The notes: a model not told the origin generated them from the sequence alone. DNA of 64,000 nucleotides from Gammaproteobacteria bacterium (GCA_965222155.1 CBDCTH010000012.1:64001-128000), one strand, 5' to 3'; counted from the stretch's first letter, positions 1 through 11,364 are shown. Numbers and translations: made by a program.

Positions 1-35
1 GCCCGGCGCCGGTCGTATCCGGCGATGGGCGCAGC

Positions 36-1976
36 GTGGTGTTCCACACAGCTGACGGTGATTGGTACTGGATGCACGTCGATTCGAACTCGCGCCAACG
101 GCTTGATGATGCCGGGCGCGACCTCCGGCCGATTCTGTCTCATGATGGTTTGAAGGTGGCATACCACACGAACCGGGGCGTCTGGGCTGTGCGTTCCCTT
201 GACGCTCATGGCGCCAAGGGAGCGGAGGTCGAACTCGGTACGTGCGTGCAAGATGAAGTTCGGGCATTGACCGGCGCCTTCACGCCGGACGGCAGCCGGA
301 TTGTATTCGGTGATGAGCAGGGTGGATTTTGTACATGGCTTGTTTCCGGACCGGGAAGCCCCAAGCGACTCAGCGCTCGGCGAGCCGCGTATCCGGGAGC
401 GATCAGGTTGCTTGCAATCGGGCCGGATGGCAAGCAGGTCGCGCTTGGTGGGCATGACGCCACGGTGGCGGTCTGGTCTGTTGCGCCTGTCCGGCGCCGG
501 GCCACACTGGAATTGACCGGAGAGCGTCCTCGTTCTCTCCTGCTGGATACCGGACGCGGCTGGCTGTTCACTGGCGAGGACAACGGAACAGTCGGTATTT
601 ATTCCCTCCGCAACAAGCTGCGTATTGCGCGCCTGGTGTCCATGGATCGCGGTTGGGCAGTGTTGGATCGCGCAGGACGCTTCGACGGCTCTCAAAATGG
701 GTTTGACAGTCTGGTCTGGGCGGGTGAGGCCGAGGAGGATACACGCCCCCTCGACGCCTTCTCGGAAAGTTATTTCGAGCCCGGCCTCCTCCTCAGGCTC
801 GACGATGCGTCGCCTGTGTTCTTGAATGAGAATATCCGCGACCTGTCCGAGGATGGCTATGTTCGCCCGCCCAAGGTCAGTATTGATCCGGTAAGCGCGC
901 AAGCCGCCGACCAACAAGGGCACTTGTCGCTACGGGTCAGGGTCGAGCCTGGCTATTGCTGTGAAGTCTCTGAAATCCGTCTGTATCACAACGGTAAACT
1001 GGTCCCGGCAGACCGCGCTGAGGCCTCCCCTGGCGACATGATCGACTACCTGGTTCAGCCACTGCCCGGCGAGAACAGCTTCGATGCGATCGGGGTAGGA
1101 CCAGGAGGGGTAGACGGACCAAAAGCATCGACAACGGTGATGCTGGACTTACCGGAACCGTCGGCCCCGTCCATTCAGATAGTCGCGGTCGGGATCAACG
1201 AGTACAACGGACCCCTGAGGAAGCTGCGTTTCAGTCGTAACGACGCCGAAACCATCCTGGACACCCTGCACAAACGAGCAAACACCACGTTCGCCAGCGT
1301 GAAAGCGATTAAGTTGCTGGATTCATCTGCAAATTTCCATGCAATCGAAGAGCATATTATAGAAACCACGCTAGCGCCACACGACGTGCTGGTGGTTTAC
1401 TTGGCCGGTCATGGCTACGCCTTGAATAAAGACGGGCGCTGGGAATGGTATTTTCTGCCCTTCACCACAGCTTGGGGTGAACATGCCGGGTTGGACTGGG
1501 AAAAGGAGATGAAGACGATGATCCCTCGCCATGGGTTGTCCAGCCGGCAGTTGCTGAATTTTCTGACGAAGACCGCGCCGCGCCGAGTGTTTTTTATTCT
1601 CGATTCATGCCGGTCCGGTGCGGTAGTTGACACGATGAAGCATTTCGGCGGGCAGGAGCTCACCGATTCGGCGGGACAAAAGATGCTGCACAAGCTCGGG
1701 CGCGTGGGGGGTATTCACGTGTTGGCGGCAACGCGGGCGGACCAGGACGCGGTGGAACTGATTTCCGCTCCGCACGGTGCTTTGACCTATCTGGTCCTGC
1801 ATGGATTGGAAGGCGCCGCCGACGAGAATCAGGATAGCCGGTTTTCCGTACGTGAGCTGATCGGCTACGCAAACCGAGGGATGCCCCTGCTCTCCCGGCA
1901 ACTCGTCCAGGATAATATCAGCCAGAATCCTGTCGGCTATTCGCACGGTGAGGACTTTGTACTCGGCAAATTATAA
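36..1976 (+). CDS. WD40-repeat protein with C-terminal caspase-like (peptidase C14) domain; probably 5'-partial
   Basis: WD-like repeats (AFTPDGSRIV, GHDATVAVW); caspase dyad motifs YLAGHG and ILDSCRSG; C-terminal HGALTY...GLEGAAD. Confidence 0.85.
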   Translation: MVFHTADGDWYWMHVDSNSRQRLDDAGRDLRPILSHDGLKVAYHTNRGVWAVRSLDAHGAKGAEVELGTCVQDEVRALTGAFTPDGSRIVFGDEQGGFCTWLVSGPGSPKRLSARRAAYPGAIRLLAIGPDGKQVALGGHDATVAVWSVAPVRRRATLELTGERPRSLLLDTGRGWLFTGEDNGTVGIYSLRNKLRIARLVSMDRGWAVLDRAGRFDGSQNGFDSLVWAGEAEEDTRPLDAFSESYFEPGLLLRLDDASPVFLNENIRDLSEDGYVRPPKVSIDPVSAQAADQQGHLSLRVRVEPGYCCEVSEIRLYHNGKLVPADRAEASPGDMIDYLVQPLPGENSFDAIGVGPGGVDGPKASTTVMLDLPEPSAPSIQIVAVGINEYNGPLRKLRFSRNDAETILDTLHKRANTTFASVKAIKLLDSSANFHAIEEHIIETTLAPHDVLVVYLAGHGYALNKDGRWEWYFLPFTTAWGEHAGLDWEKEMKTMIPRHGLSSRQLLNFLTKTAPRRVFFILDSCRSGAVVDTMKHFGGQELTDSAGQKMLHKLGRVGGIHVLAATRADQDAVELISAPHGALTYLVLHGLEGAADENQDSRFSVRELIGYANRGMPLLSRQLVQDNISQNPVGYSHGEDFVLGKL

Positions 1977-3012
1977 CCGGCGGTGCGGTGAGCGATACCC
2001 CTGCCTCAGGCTCGCTGCAGCGCGGGCCGGCGCGTATCGTGCCTCTCATCAGCGACACCAGTCTGCCGGGAGCAGATTTGGACGCTCGAAGGGCACCCGC
2101 CGGACATATGTCAGGGAACGCCGCATATCAATAATCCAGCCAGCCGCAACCATAGTGTACCCAAGCGTGCTCACAGCAACCCATTACGAGAAATGCAGGC
2201 AGGGCGTTTCGCTTATCGCCTTCATATGGGTCGTGGCAGGCTGCTCAGTGTTGGAGTCGTCCGTAGCGCCAGGGGTTTGTCCGGATCCAGCGTGTGCGGA
2301 TTGGGAGTTTCTCCCGTTCTCGCACAAGGGGACCCCGCTGGTTGGCTTCCGCAAGCCCGGTGGCGCTGACTCAGGCCATCTGGTCGTTTACATCGAGGGC
2401 GATGGAAAGGGATGGCGAAACCGGTCCAGGCTGTCCGGAAACCCGACACCGGGAGACCCGATCGGGTTACGACTGGCGCTACAGGACTCAAGCCCCGGGT
2501 TGCTCTATCTGGCGCGCCCCTGCCAGTATGTCCAACCCGAACTGCTCGAACACTGCCAGCCGTCGCTCTGGTCAACTGGCCGTTATGCGGAGCATATCGT
2601 AGAGACGATGGATCGTGCTGTCAGCGCGGCAAAGCACGCTCAATCCGACCGGCTTACCCTGGTGGGATATTCCGGCGGTGGGGTGATCGCGGCGCTGCTG
2701 GCCTCGCGCCGGTCGGATGTGGAGCGGTTGATTACGGTCGCCGCCCCCCTGGACACAGATACCTGGGTTAAGCATCACCGCGTGTCACCCCTGACGGAAT
2801 CCTTGAACCCGCTTACAAGCGCGATCACGGGTTCGGTGCGTGAATTTCACTTCCATGGCGAGCGGGACCAGATAGTGCCTCCCGAAGTCATCAAGCCGTA
2901 CATCCGTCAGGCTGCCCGCGCCGGCGTCCGGTTCTTCACGCTGGCCGAGTATGACCATGGCTGCTGCTGGGTACGCGACTGGCCGGCATTGCTGGCCATG
3001 ACGGATGAGTGA
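1948..3012 (+). CDS. alpha/beta hydrolase, probable lipoprotein (true start probably about 2150-2210)
   Basis: VYIEGDG, GYSGGG nucleophile elbow, HGERDQIVP, HGCCW; lipobox-like VVAGC. Confidence 0.8.
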   Translation: MRTLYSANYNRRCGERYPCLRLAAARAGAYRASHQRHQSAGSRFGRSKGTRRTYVRERRISIIQPAATIVYPSVLTATHYEKCRQGVSLIAFIWVVAGCSVLESSVAPGVCPDPACADWEFLPFSHKGTPLVGFRKPGGADSGHLVVYIEGDGKGWRNRSRLSGNPTPGDPIGLRLALQDSSPGLLYLARPCQYVQPELLEHCQPSLWSTGRYAEHIVETMDRAVSAAKHAQSDRLTLVGYSGGGVIAALLASRRSDVERLITVAAPLDTDTWVKHHRVSPLTESLNPLTSAITGSVREFHFHGERDQIVPPEVIKPYIRQAARAGVRFFTLAEYDHGCCWVRDWPALLAMTDE

Positions 3013-3169
3013 GAAATGCGGACTGGTAATTCAATCTGTGACGATCATGCCTGCCCTGGTCAGCTGCTTTGTGGGCCGGACTGGGCTTGTTCAAATCTGA
3101 AGACGCTGGACGAGCATATCAGTCATATCACCTGCCTTTTATTGACTATCTAACACAGGAGAAAGAAAC

Positions 3170-5404
3170 ATGGCGACGACTATTTACGAAGATAAGGGGG
3201 ACGCAGCTGCCGGCTCAGAAGCCAGCTATTCAATGTCTGTCAGCGATATATCTTCGGCCTTTGAGTATCCCTTCACTGGTGTCTATGTGGGTGCTCATAG
3301 CACGCCAACTTTTGTCGACCTGGACAGCGACAGCGACCTGGATCTGATCATAGGCGCGGGTAACGGCAACCTGTACTACTACGAGAACACGGGTACGCGC
3401 AGCCAGCCGAACTTCACTGCACCCGCCGTTAGCGCCAATCCGCTGGGTGGTGTTAATGTGGATTCCGACAGCGCCCCGACCTTTGCTGATCTGGACGATG
3501 ATGGCGACCTGGACCTGATCGTAGGCGCGGGTAACGGCAACCTGTACTACTACGAGAACACGGGTACGCGCAGCCAGCCGAACTTCACTGCACTCGCCGG
3601 CACTGCCAATCCCCTGAGTGACGTCTCTGTAGGTTATGAAGACATCGTGCCAACCTTTGCTGACCTGGACGATGATGGTGACCTGGACCTGGTCATGGGT
3701 GAGTATTACGGCGGTCTGTACTACTATGAAAACATCGGTACGCGCAGCCAACCGGACTTCACACGTACCGATGTCATCAATCCTCTATATAGCATTTATG
3801 TGGCGGGAACACATCACGTTCCTGTCTTTGTCGACTTGGACGACGACGGTGACTTGGACTTGGTGGTGGGTAAGCATGATGGCGACTTGCTCTACTACGA
3901 GAACATGGGCACAAGCAGTCAGCCTGATTTCACAGAGCGTACCGGTGATGCTAATCCAATGAATGGCATTGATAAGGGTGATCATAGCACGCCAGCCTTT
4001 GCCGACTTGGATGACGATGGTGACTTGGACTTGGTCATGGGTGAGGGCGAATTTCCGGATGAGCTTCCGGATCCGATGGACGACAGGCTACTCTACTACG
4101 AGAATACCGGCACGCGCACCAAAGCAAGTTTTACTTTTATTCCCGCTAATACATCGCGCATTGATGGTACTGATGCTGATGATCACCTCATTGGTGACGA
4201 CATGGACAATGAGATATACGGGAAAGGAGGTAACGACATACTGCAGGGTAAGGGTGGTAATGACAAGCTAAATGGCGAAGCTGGGAACGATACCGCTTCC
4301 TACATCGACTCGAACGCCGGTGTGCAGGTCAATCTAGATGCGGGCGATGCTGCGGGAGGCAGCGCGGCAGGTGACACGTTAATCAGCGTTGAGAATCTCA
4401 CTGGGTCCAAGCACGCTGATACCCTGACCGGCGACAACAATAATAATACTCTCAAGGGTCTTGAGGGCGACGACACGCTGGATGGCGGTGCAGGCGACGA
4501 TACACTTGCCGGTGGCGCCGACGCTGATACGTTGGCAGGCGATGACGGCAACGACACACTGGATGGTGGTGCCGGCGACGATACGCTTATCGGTGGTGCC
4601 GGCAGCGACACGCTTATCGGTGGCGGGGGCAGCGACACCGTATCTTATGCTGGTTCGGACAAACCTGTGGCAGTCCTCCTGAGCTACGGTCACCTTGTTC
4701 AACAAGGGCATGCCCAGGGCGATACGTTGAGCGGTATCGAGAACCTCATGGGTTCCGAACACAATGACCTGCTGCTGGGTGATGGCAATGCCAACCGGCT
4801 TACAGGTGGTGACGGCGACGACGCGTTGAATGGCTATGGTGGTGACGATGAACTGGAAGGCGGCGGCGGCGCCGATGATATGGAAGGCGGTAGTGGGGGT
4901 AGTGATACCGTGTCCTATGCAGCCTCGGACGCGGGGGTAACGGTAGACCTTCAAACCCAGTCCGCCAGTGGTGGCCATGCTCAGGGAGACAGGATCTCCG
5001 GCTTTGAAAACGTCACCGGGTCTGACCACGCAGATACGCTGATTGGCTCCGACGGCGCGAACCGACTCAAGAGTGGTTACGGTGATGATACGCTGACCGG
5101 CGGCGCCGGCGAAGATGTTTTCATCTTCGCCTATAACATAGTCCTAGTCCTAGGCCCAGCCGGTTACTACGACGATTTAATTGTTGCTAATGGAAAAGAC
5201 ACGATCACTGACTTTGCCGATGGTGAGGACAGGATCGAGATCGAGCTTGGTGTGTTCGGAATTGAAGATTTCGACGACCTGCAAGAGAAGATCACACAGG
5301 ATGGAAACAACACGCTGATCACCTTCGATGCCGATAACGGGATTACCCTGGAGAATGTAGACATGGCTATCATTGGCGCCGACGACTTCATCTTTGTAGC
5401 CTGA
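3170..5404 (+). CDS. FG-GAP/VCBS-repeat protein with RTX Ca-binding repeats (type I secretion substrate-like)
   Basis: Five PTFADLDDDGDLDL...YYENTGT repeats; GGxGxDxL nonapeptides; C-terminal DDFIF; RBS CAGGAG upstream. Confidence 0.85.
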   Translation: MATTIYEDKGDAAAGSEASYSMSVSDISSAFEYPFTGVYVGAHSTPTFVDLDSDSDLDLIIGAGNGNLYYYENTGTRSQPNFTAPAVSANPLGGVNVDSDSAPTFADLDDDGDLDLIVGAGNGNLYYYENTGTRSQPNFTALAGTANPLSDVSVGYEDIVPTFADLDDDGDLDLVMGEYYGGLYYYENIGTRSQPDFTRTDVINPLYSIYVAGTHHVPVFVDLDDDGDLDLVVGKHDGDLLYYENMGTSSQPDFTERTGDANPMNGIDKGDHSTPAFADLDDDGDLDLVMGEGEFPDELPDPMDDRLLYYENTGTRTKASFTFIPANTSRIDGTDADDHLIGDDMDNEIYGKGGNDILQGKGGNDKLNGEAGNDTASYIDSNAGVQVNLDAGDAAGGSAAGDTLISVENLTGSKHADTLTGDNNNNTLKGLEGDDTLDGGAGDDTLAGGADADTLAGDDGNDTLDGGAGDDTLIGGAGSDTLIGGGGSDTVSYAGSDKPVAVLLSYGHLVQQGHAQGDTLSGIENLMGSEHNDLLLGDGNANRLTGGDGDDALNGYGGDDELEGGGGADDMEGGSGGSDTVSYAASDAGVTVDLQTQSASGGHAQGDRISGFENVTGSDHADTLIGSDGANRLKSGYGDDTLTGGAGEDVFIFAYNIVLVLGPAGYYDDLIVANGKDTITDFADGEDRIEIELGVFGIEDFDDLQEKITQDGNNTLITFDADNGITLENVDMAIIGADDFIFVA

Positions 5405-5494
5405 CCTGGCAATCTGCTGACCAGCCCCCAAACTCTCATGATCAGGGCTTTGCACACCCCGACGGCATGTAACTAAAACAACTAGGGGAGCAAC

Positions 5495-6083
5495 ATGACT
5501 GTTCTGAAAAAAGATAACGGCACTGCGGCGCCTACAGGTGCTCGTGGTCAGTACAAGATGGCCATTGACGAGGACTTGCGGGGCACGCTCAACAACACCA
5601 CTGGTGATAGGAGCAATCCTGTTGCTGACATTGATGGGGGTTATAGCAGCATCCCAACCTTTGCCGACCTGGACAGCGACGGTGACCTGGACCTGGTCGT
5701 GGGTGAGGTCGGATGCCGGGGTGACGGTGAATCTCAAAGACGGCACAGATGAATGAGGTCATGCTGAGGGTGATGTGATTGTTGATGTGTAGAGCGTAGT
5801 TGGTTCAGACTATGAGGATACCCTGACTAGCAACGACGGTGCTAACCGGCTGTACGGCGGTCCCGGCGCCGATACCGTTATTTTTGCGCCTGGGAACGGG
5901 GACGACCTCATCGGTGACTTTACCGATGGCGAGGACTTGATTGACCTCACTGGCTTCGACGATCTCGAAGCGTCGGGCGATGCAGAGGGGGTCACGCTCG
6001 ACCTGTCGGCCCAGGACGGGGGAACGATCCGGCTGGCAGACTTTGATATGGCTGACCTGGATGCGGCGGACTTTATTCTTTGA
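5495..6083 (+). pseudogene. Collapsed FG-GAP/RTX paralog
   Basis: One FG-GAP unit, then a frameshift into RTX-type sequence (DAGVTVNLKDG...GHAEGDVIVDV*SVVGSDYEDTL...DAADFIL*) with internal TGA and TAG stops. Confidence 0.75.
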
Positions 6084-6151
6084 CGGATTCTGAATTCTGG
6101 GGACAGGATATTTGGGGGAACTGCTGCTCCATCACGCCGGCAAAACAAACG

Positions 6152-6829
6152 CTAACGGGAGCTACCGGTCGGCTTGATTTCTTTCAGGAGTGAATTTGCT
6201 GCTACGGCAATAATATTACGGTCCATTGGATAATTTTCTTTCCCTGCGTGAATGATATACAGTCTTTTCAGGTGCAAATCATCCATTGCTATGCGCATTG
6301 ATTTAGTCACTTTTGGCGAGTCGGTGCGCTTGAATTCAACACCGGACCGCTGCCTGCCGTGAGTTATCATCAAATCGAGTTCTGCCCCTGAATGCGTTAC
6401 CCAAAAATAGCATTGATCCCACTCTGCCTTGGACTGCTGTACAACCTGTTCCAGTAGAAAACCTTCCCAACTCGCCCCGAGTTTGGGATGTGTATCCAGG
6501 TCATGAAAGGATTTTATACCGAGTTGAGCGTGCAGCAATCCACTATCCCTTATATACAGTTTAGGAGATTTTACTACCCGTTTACCGATATTTTCGGACC
6601 AGGGTTGCAGCAAACGCACTGCAAAAGTGGCGCTGAGAATGTCCAGGTATTTTCCTATGGTCGTATGGGATACGCCTTCAAGATCGAACCAATTTACGTT
6701 GTTTGAGCTTTGTCCCGCGAGCTGTCTTGCGAGGCTTGTTTTACCGACCTGCCGAGCGCCAAGTAAGGCGACAACCGGGTAATTTTTGCTCAGGCGATTT
6801 ATTGCAGATAGATGTGTGGCACGTAGTAT
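6152..6829 (-). pseudogene. AAA_14/DUF4143 ATPase with in-frame internal deletion and no clear start codon
   Basis: Frame upstream of the ORF reads ...LLGARQVGKTSLARQL...WFDLE, joined directly to GVSHTTIGKYLD...KSPKLYIRDSGL...ELDL...GVEFK; the Walker B region is missing. Confidence 0.75.
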
Positions 6830-7071
6830 ATGTTTTTTCGTTCTTGAAATCTGAAACTATCTGTTTCAGATTTCAAGGTATTCCCATCTAACACAGGGTC
6901 TGCCGGGTTCGGAAAAGTGCTGAAACCAGGCGATTTGTTGCACTTATGACTTGAATTCGCCAGTATATTGGTTACAGAATAAAGATTATTATCAGGGAGA
7001 CAGGCGAGTTGCGGGAATCACTACCGGTCTTGGCTCAGACTGGTGGGCAAACGTAACGACAGGAGAGTGCC

Positions 7072-9471
7072 ATGCAAGAAGTCAGCATCGAATACAACAG
7101 GAACCGGGCGGCCCTGGTACAACTACTGGAGTCAATCGACCGTCCCGGGGATTATTGCACCCATGGCAGGTTGTTCGTGCCGATGCCTCGAATAGAGGTC
7201 GACCAAGTGGGGACGATCGCATTTCCGGTTCTGGAGATGCAAACTCAGGCCTTGATCAGGGCGGCGGAACGCGCCCCCTACGGTCGGGGGCCGGAGACGC
7301 TGATAGACGACACCGTTCGCGCTGGGTGGCAACTCGACGCGAAAAAAGTCCACTTGGGCGGTGATGGCTGGAAAAACACTTTTACTCAGATCCTGGGCGA
7401 AGTGTCGACAGGGCTGGGTTACCCGGTTGAACAGGTCTGTGCGGAATTCTACAAGTTGCTGATCTATGGACCCGGCGGGTTCTTTTCGGCTCACCGCGAC
7501 ACCGAGAAGAAAGACGGTATGGTCGCCACGCTGGTTATCGCCCTCCCGACTGCCGGCGCCGGCGGCGAACTGGTCATCGACCATAAGGGACGCAAGACCG
7601 TTGTCGACATGGGTCCCCGAGACCCGTCTGAGTTGGCATTTGCGGCCTTTTTCGCTGATTGCGTACACGAGGTCCGAGCGGTCACTGAGGGATATCGCAT
7701 CACACTTACCTATAACTTGATCCTGCAAAATGGCGCTACGGGCGCGGCGCCCGGAAACGCGCCGTATTACGGAGACCAGGTAGAGACTATCGCTACCCTG
7801 CTCTCGGAATGGGGCCGCGACGACGAGGCGGAGGATAAGATCGTCTGGCTGCTGGAACACGATTACAGCGAGGCGGGCCTCTCCTTCGCTACCTTGAAGA
7901 ACGTCGATGCCGCGCTTGGACGGGTCCTCACGCAGGCCGCGAGGCGCGCCGATTGTGCGCTTTACGCGGCGATTTTACACATTGAGGAATATGGCAACGC
8001 GGAATACGTGGACATTGACTATTTCGAGAGGGGCCACGGCCGTGGTTACTATGGTGGTCCCGACGAATTGGACTACGAGATGGGTGAACTGGTCGAGGCC
8101 TGGCACTGGCTTGAAGGATGGACCGCCCCCGACGGCATAAAACCGGAATATGAAAAAATTCCGTTGCTGCCTGAAGAACTGCTGCCCCCCGACGCATTGG
8201 ACGACGCTGAGCCGGACGAGCAAAGGGTGAACGAAGCCAGCGGCAACGAAGGTGTCAGCGTGGAACGCGCCTATCGCCGCGCGGCCCTTGTGTTATGGCC
8301 AAACGCAAAGACCTTGGCGAACCTTGTACAGGGCGGAATCACAGGCGCTATCAACCACGTCGAGGCGGAACTCGAACGTAGCGCCGGGCAGGCGGAAGCG
8401 GAGGGTCGGATACGGAAACTGTTTGCTCAACTAATCGATCTCTGGCCACCGCTATCCCCCTACCTGGAGAGCCGTAATGGAGAAGACCGCAGCAGGATGC
8501 TGCGCCTGCTGCACACGCTTACAGATAAGGCCATGACCAGACGTTTCCTGCACCAGGTAATGATACCGCACTACCGCAGCAGTGATAACGAGGACTTGGT
8601 GATCGCAGCGGCGAAGATCGGCCCTGAAGGAATGAGGGACTTCTTGTCAGATTTCGTCGCAATGAATCTGCCGAAGCAGACGGCCGCTGTTATCGAACTG
8701 GTGTGGCGCCTTTGTAAACAACTTGACGGACAGGAGGGTGACGCATGGCGAGCTATACTCAGGGACGCCGCGCGGGCCGTCTACCGCGGGCTGCCGCTTG
8801 TCGTGGAACCACCGAAAGACGACGAATCGCCCTGGCGCCGACGCCGGATAGAGCCGTTTGCCGTGCAGACCATCCGGGATCTTTTTCTGCCGGCTTGTCG
8901 TCTGGACCTTGAGAACAAGGCAAACGACGCTGCCATGCTGCTCACCGGATATCCCCAAATCGTTATACCGGAGCGCGCGCTTCCGCAGGCTTTGGCGGAA
9001 CTACAAACTCTTGCGGAGCCCTTGCTGAAAACCACCACTTTTACGACGCTCTGGTGTCATGCGGCCAGGCACCTGCTGGCGCGCAGCGCGACGCCGCCCA
9101 AGGAACCACAGGATTGGGTCCTCACCGTCAAAATTGGATGTGACTGCCGGCATTGCCGGACATTACAAGTTTTCTGCAATGATCCCATGGCAACGACGAC
9201 ACGTTTCGCAGTACGGCAGGAACTGCGCAGCCACCTGCGTCATACCATCAAATACCACCAACTCGACATACACTATGAGACCGAACGCCGTGGCCGGCCC
9301 TATACGCTCATTTGTACAAAAACCCGGGACAGCTACAAGCGGAGACTTGCGCAATACACCAAGGACATTGAACACATGCAGATGCTGATAGCATCAGCGC
9401 CACCGGACCGGGCACCGGCGTGGAGCGGCGCTGACGACCTGGAACGGCTGCGCACGGCAGTCGCACCTTGA
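7072..9471 (+). CDS. 2OG-Fe(II) oxygenase domain protein with long C-terminal extension
   Basis: YKLLIY...FF.HRDTEK (HxD) and HEV..VTEGYRITLTYNL; C-terminal CDCRHC. Confidence 0.8.
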   Translation: MQEVSIEYNRNRAALVQLLESIDRPGDYCTHGRLFVPMPRIEVDQVGTIAFPVLEMQTQALIRAAERAPYGRGPETLIDDTVRAGWQLDAKKVHLGGDGWKNTFTQILGEVSTGLGYPVEQVCAEFYKLLIYGPGGFFSAHRDTEKKDGMVATLVIALPTAGAGGELVIDHKGRKTVVDMGPRDPSELAFAAFFADCVHEVRAVTEGYRITLTYNLILQNGATGAAPGNAPYYGDQVETIATLLSEWGRDDEAEDKIVWLLEHDYSEAGLSFATLKNVDAALGRVLTQAARRADCALYAAILHIEEYGNAEYVDIDYFERGHGRGYYGGPDELDYEMGELVEAWHWLEGWTAPDGIKPEYEKIPLLPEELLPPDALDDAEPDEQRVNEASGNEGVSVERAYRRAALVLWPNAKTLANLVQGGITGAINHVEAELERSAGQAEAEGRIRKLFAQLIDLWPPLSPYLESRNGEDRSRMLRLLHTLTDKAMTRRFLHQVMIPHYRSSDNEDLVIAAAKIGPEGMRDFLSDFVAMNLPKQTAAVIELVWRLCKQLDGQEGDAWRAILRDAARAVYRGLPLVVEPPKDDESPWRRRRIEPFAVQTIRDLFLPACRLDLENKANDAAMLLTGYPQIVIPERALPQALAELQTLAEPLLKTTTFTTLWCHAARHLLARSATPPKEPQDWVLTVKIGCDCRHCRTLQVFCNDPMATTTRFAVRQELRSHLRHTIKYHQLDIHYETERRGRPYTLICTKTRDSYKRRLAQYTKDIEHMQMLIASAPPDRAPAWSGADDLERLRTAVAP

Positions 9472-9597
9472 GAAAACGGAATGTGATGTAATTGAAACCA
9501 ACCCCAACTCTCTTTTCCAGGGACGGCTGACATGTGAATAGAAGGTTGTGGGGCAGGCGAACCACGCCAACACAATGATAGGCTGGGTTTATAAAAT

Positions 9598-9631
9598 GGG
9601 GACAGATTTAAATCTGTCCCCAAATCTGTCC
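9598..9631. repeat. GGGGACAGATTTAAATCTGTCCCC palindrome with partial tandem duplication
   Basis: Perfect 24-bp palindrome at 9598-9621 followed by AAATCTGTCC. Confidence 0.9.
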
Positions 9632-9679
9632 TTTTCTGGTAATCTTACACCTTGGAAAAATTTTAAACTTCATCAACCC

Positions 9680-10489
9680 ATGAGCCGAATTTCATCCTCA
9701 TTCCAGGCACTTAAGCAACACAGTAGAAAAGCCTTGGTCCCGTTTATCACTGCGGGGGACCCTTGTCCGCAAGTTACGCTCACAATCATGCAATCCCTGG
9801 TACGTCACGGGGCTGATTTAATTGAACTGGGCGTCCCGTTTTCAGACCCGATGGCGGATGGCCCGGTAATTCAACGGGCTAATGAACGCGCGTTGACTCA
9901 GGGAGTCTCACTGACGAGTGTTTTGCAAATGGTCGAACAATTCCGTCAGTCCGATACCCGTACTCCCGTAATTTTGATGGGTTATTTAAACCCCATTGAA
10001 ATCTTCGGTTACGAGGAGTTCGCCCGGGAAGCCGCTGCGGCCGGGGTTGACGGGGTAATAATCGTGGATATGCCGCCCGAAGAGGCGGTGTTGCTTAACC
10101 GGCATTTGCGCGCCAGGCAAGTCGATCAGATTTTCCTTGTTACCCCCACTACTACCGAGCAGCGGATTGAAATCATAGCGGGGATTGCCTCCGGGTTTCT
10201 TTACTATGTCTCTGTGAAAGGGACGACCGGCGGGAAAGGAGCTGACCCGGTTAAGGTTAATGAAAAGCTGCACCTGCTGAGACGCAAAACCGACTTGCCC
10301 CTGGCCGTCGGTTTCGGGATAAAAGATGCTGAAACAGCAGCACGGATCGCAGATTATTGTGATGCCGTTGTCATCGGCAGCGCCCTGGTTGAGACGATCC
10401 ATGCTGCCGCAACTGCAGGAAGGGATATTGCCGCCCAGGCCGGCTCTTTTATTGCACCTGTACGACATACCCTGGATAAGGCGGCATAG
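9680..10489 (+). CDS. trpA: tryptophan synthase alpha subunit
   Basis: [41 protein letters not shown]; ATG at 9680. Confidence 0.97.
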   Translation: MSRISSSFQALKQHSRKALVPFITAGDPCPQVTLTIMQSLVRHGADLIELGVPFSDPMADGPVIQRANERALTQGVSLTSVLQMVEQFRQSDTRTPVILMGYLNPIEIFGYEEFAREAAAAGVDGVIIVDMPPEEAVLLNRHLRARQVDQIFLVTPTTTEQRIEIIAGIASGFLYYVSVKGTTGGKGADPVKVNEKLHLLRRKTDLPLAVGFGIKDAETAARIADYCDAVVIGSALVETIHAAATAGRDIAAQAGSFIAPVRHTLDKAA

Positions 10490-10500
10490 CGGCGCGTAAT

Positions 10501-11364
10501 ATGAGCTGGCTGGATAAATTACTTCCCTCAAGGATAAAAACCAACAGCACCAATCACCGGTCGGTGCCGGAGGGGGTATGGACAAAGTGCGACAGCTGTA
10601 ACGCAACACTTTATCGGGCGGAGTTGGCGCGTAACCTGGAAGTTTGTCCAAAATGCAGCCGCCATATGCGTATTGGCGCCAGAGCCAGGCTGAACAGCTT
10701 TCTCGACCGGGGCGATCAGGTTGAAATCGGCGCTGATATCAAGCCGGTAGACAAGTTAAAATTTCGCGACAGCAGGAAATACAAGGACCGGCTGACAAGC
10801 GCGCATAAGGAAACCGGTGAAAATGATGCCCTGGTAGCGATCAGGGGAAGTGTTAAAACAATACCCCTGGTTGCCGCCGCCTTTGAATTTGAATTTATGG
10901 GTGGTTCCATGGGTTCGGTAGTAGGAGAACGGTTTGTGCGCGCCGTGGACGCCTGTATAGAACATAATGTTCCGCTGATTTGCTTCTCTGCAAGTGGCGG
11001 CGCACGCATGCAGGAGACCTTGATCTCGCTTTTCCAGATGGCAAAAACAAGCTCGGCCTTGAGTAAACTGCGCAAGGCCGGCTTGCCTTATATCTCAGTT
11101 CTGACGAACCCTACAATGGGAGGCGTATCAGCGAGCCTGGGTAGTCTGGGAGATATAAATATTGCAGAACCGGGCGCTTTGATAGGGTTCGCCGGTCCCC
11201 GCGTAATCGAACAAACCGTACGCCAGACCCTGCCGGAGGAATTTCAGAAAAGTGAGTTTTTATTGGAACACGGGAATATCGATATGATTTCGGACAGGCG
11301 TGACATGCGGGATAAGATAGCATCATTATTATCTATTCTTTGCCATAAACAGCGCATCGTTTAA
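10501..11364 (+). CDS. accD: acetyl-CoA carboxylase carboxyltransferase beta subunit
   Basis: WTKC..C zinc finger, [31 protein letters not shown]. Confidence 0.97.
   Translation: MSWLDKLLPSRIKTNSTNHRSVPEGVWTKCDSCNATLYRAELARNLEVCPKCSRHMRIGARARLNSFLDRGDQVEIGADIKPVDKLKFRDSRKYKDRLTSAHKETGENDALVAIRGSVKTIPLVAAAFEFEFMGGSMGSVVGERFVRAVDACIEHNVPLICFSASGGARMQETLISLFQMAKTSSALSKLRKAGLPYISVLTNPTMGGVSASLGSLGDINIAEPGALIGFAGPRVIEQTVRQTLPEEFQKSEFLLEHGNIDMISDRRDMRDKIASLLSILCHKQRIV

Noticed and set aside
3300-4660. Tandem DNA repeats as a non-coding array
   Set aside because: They are fully explained by in-frame FG-GAP and RTX protein repeats.
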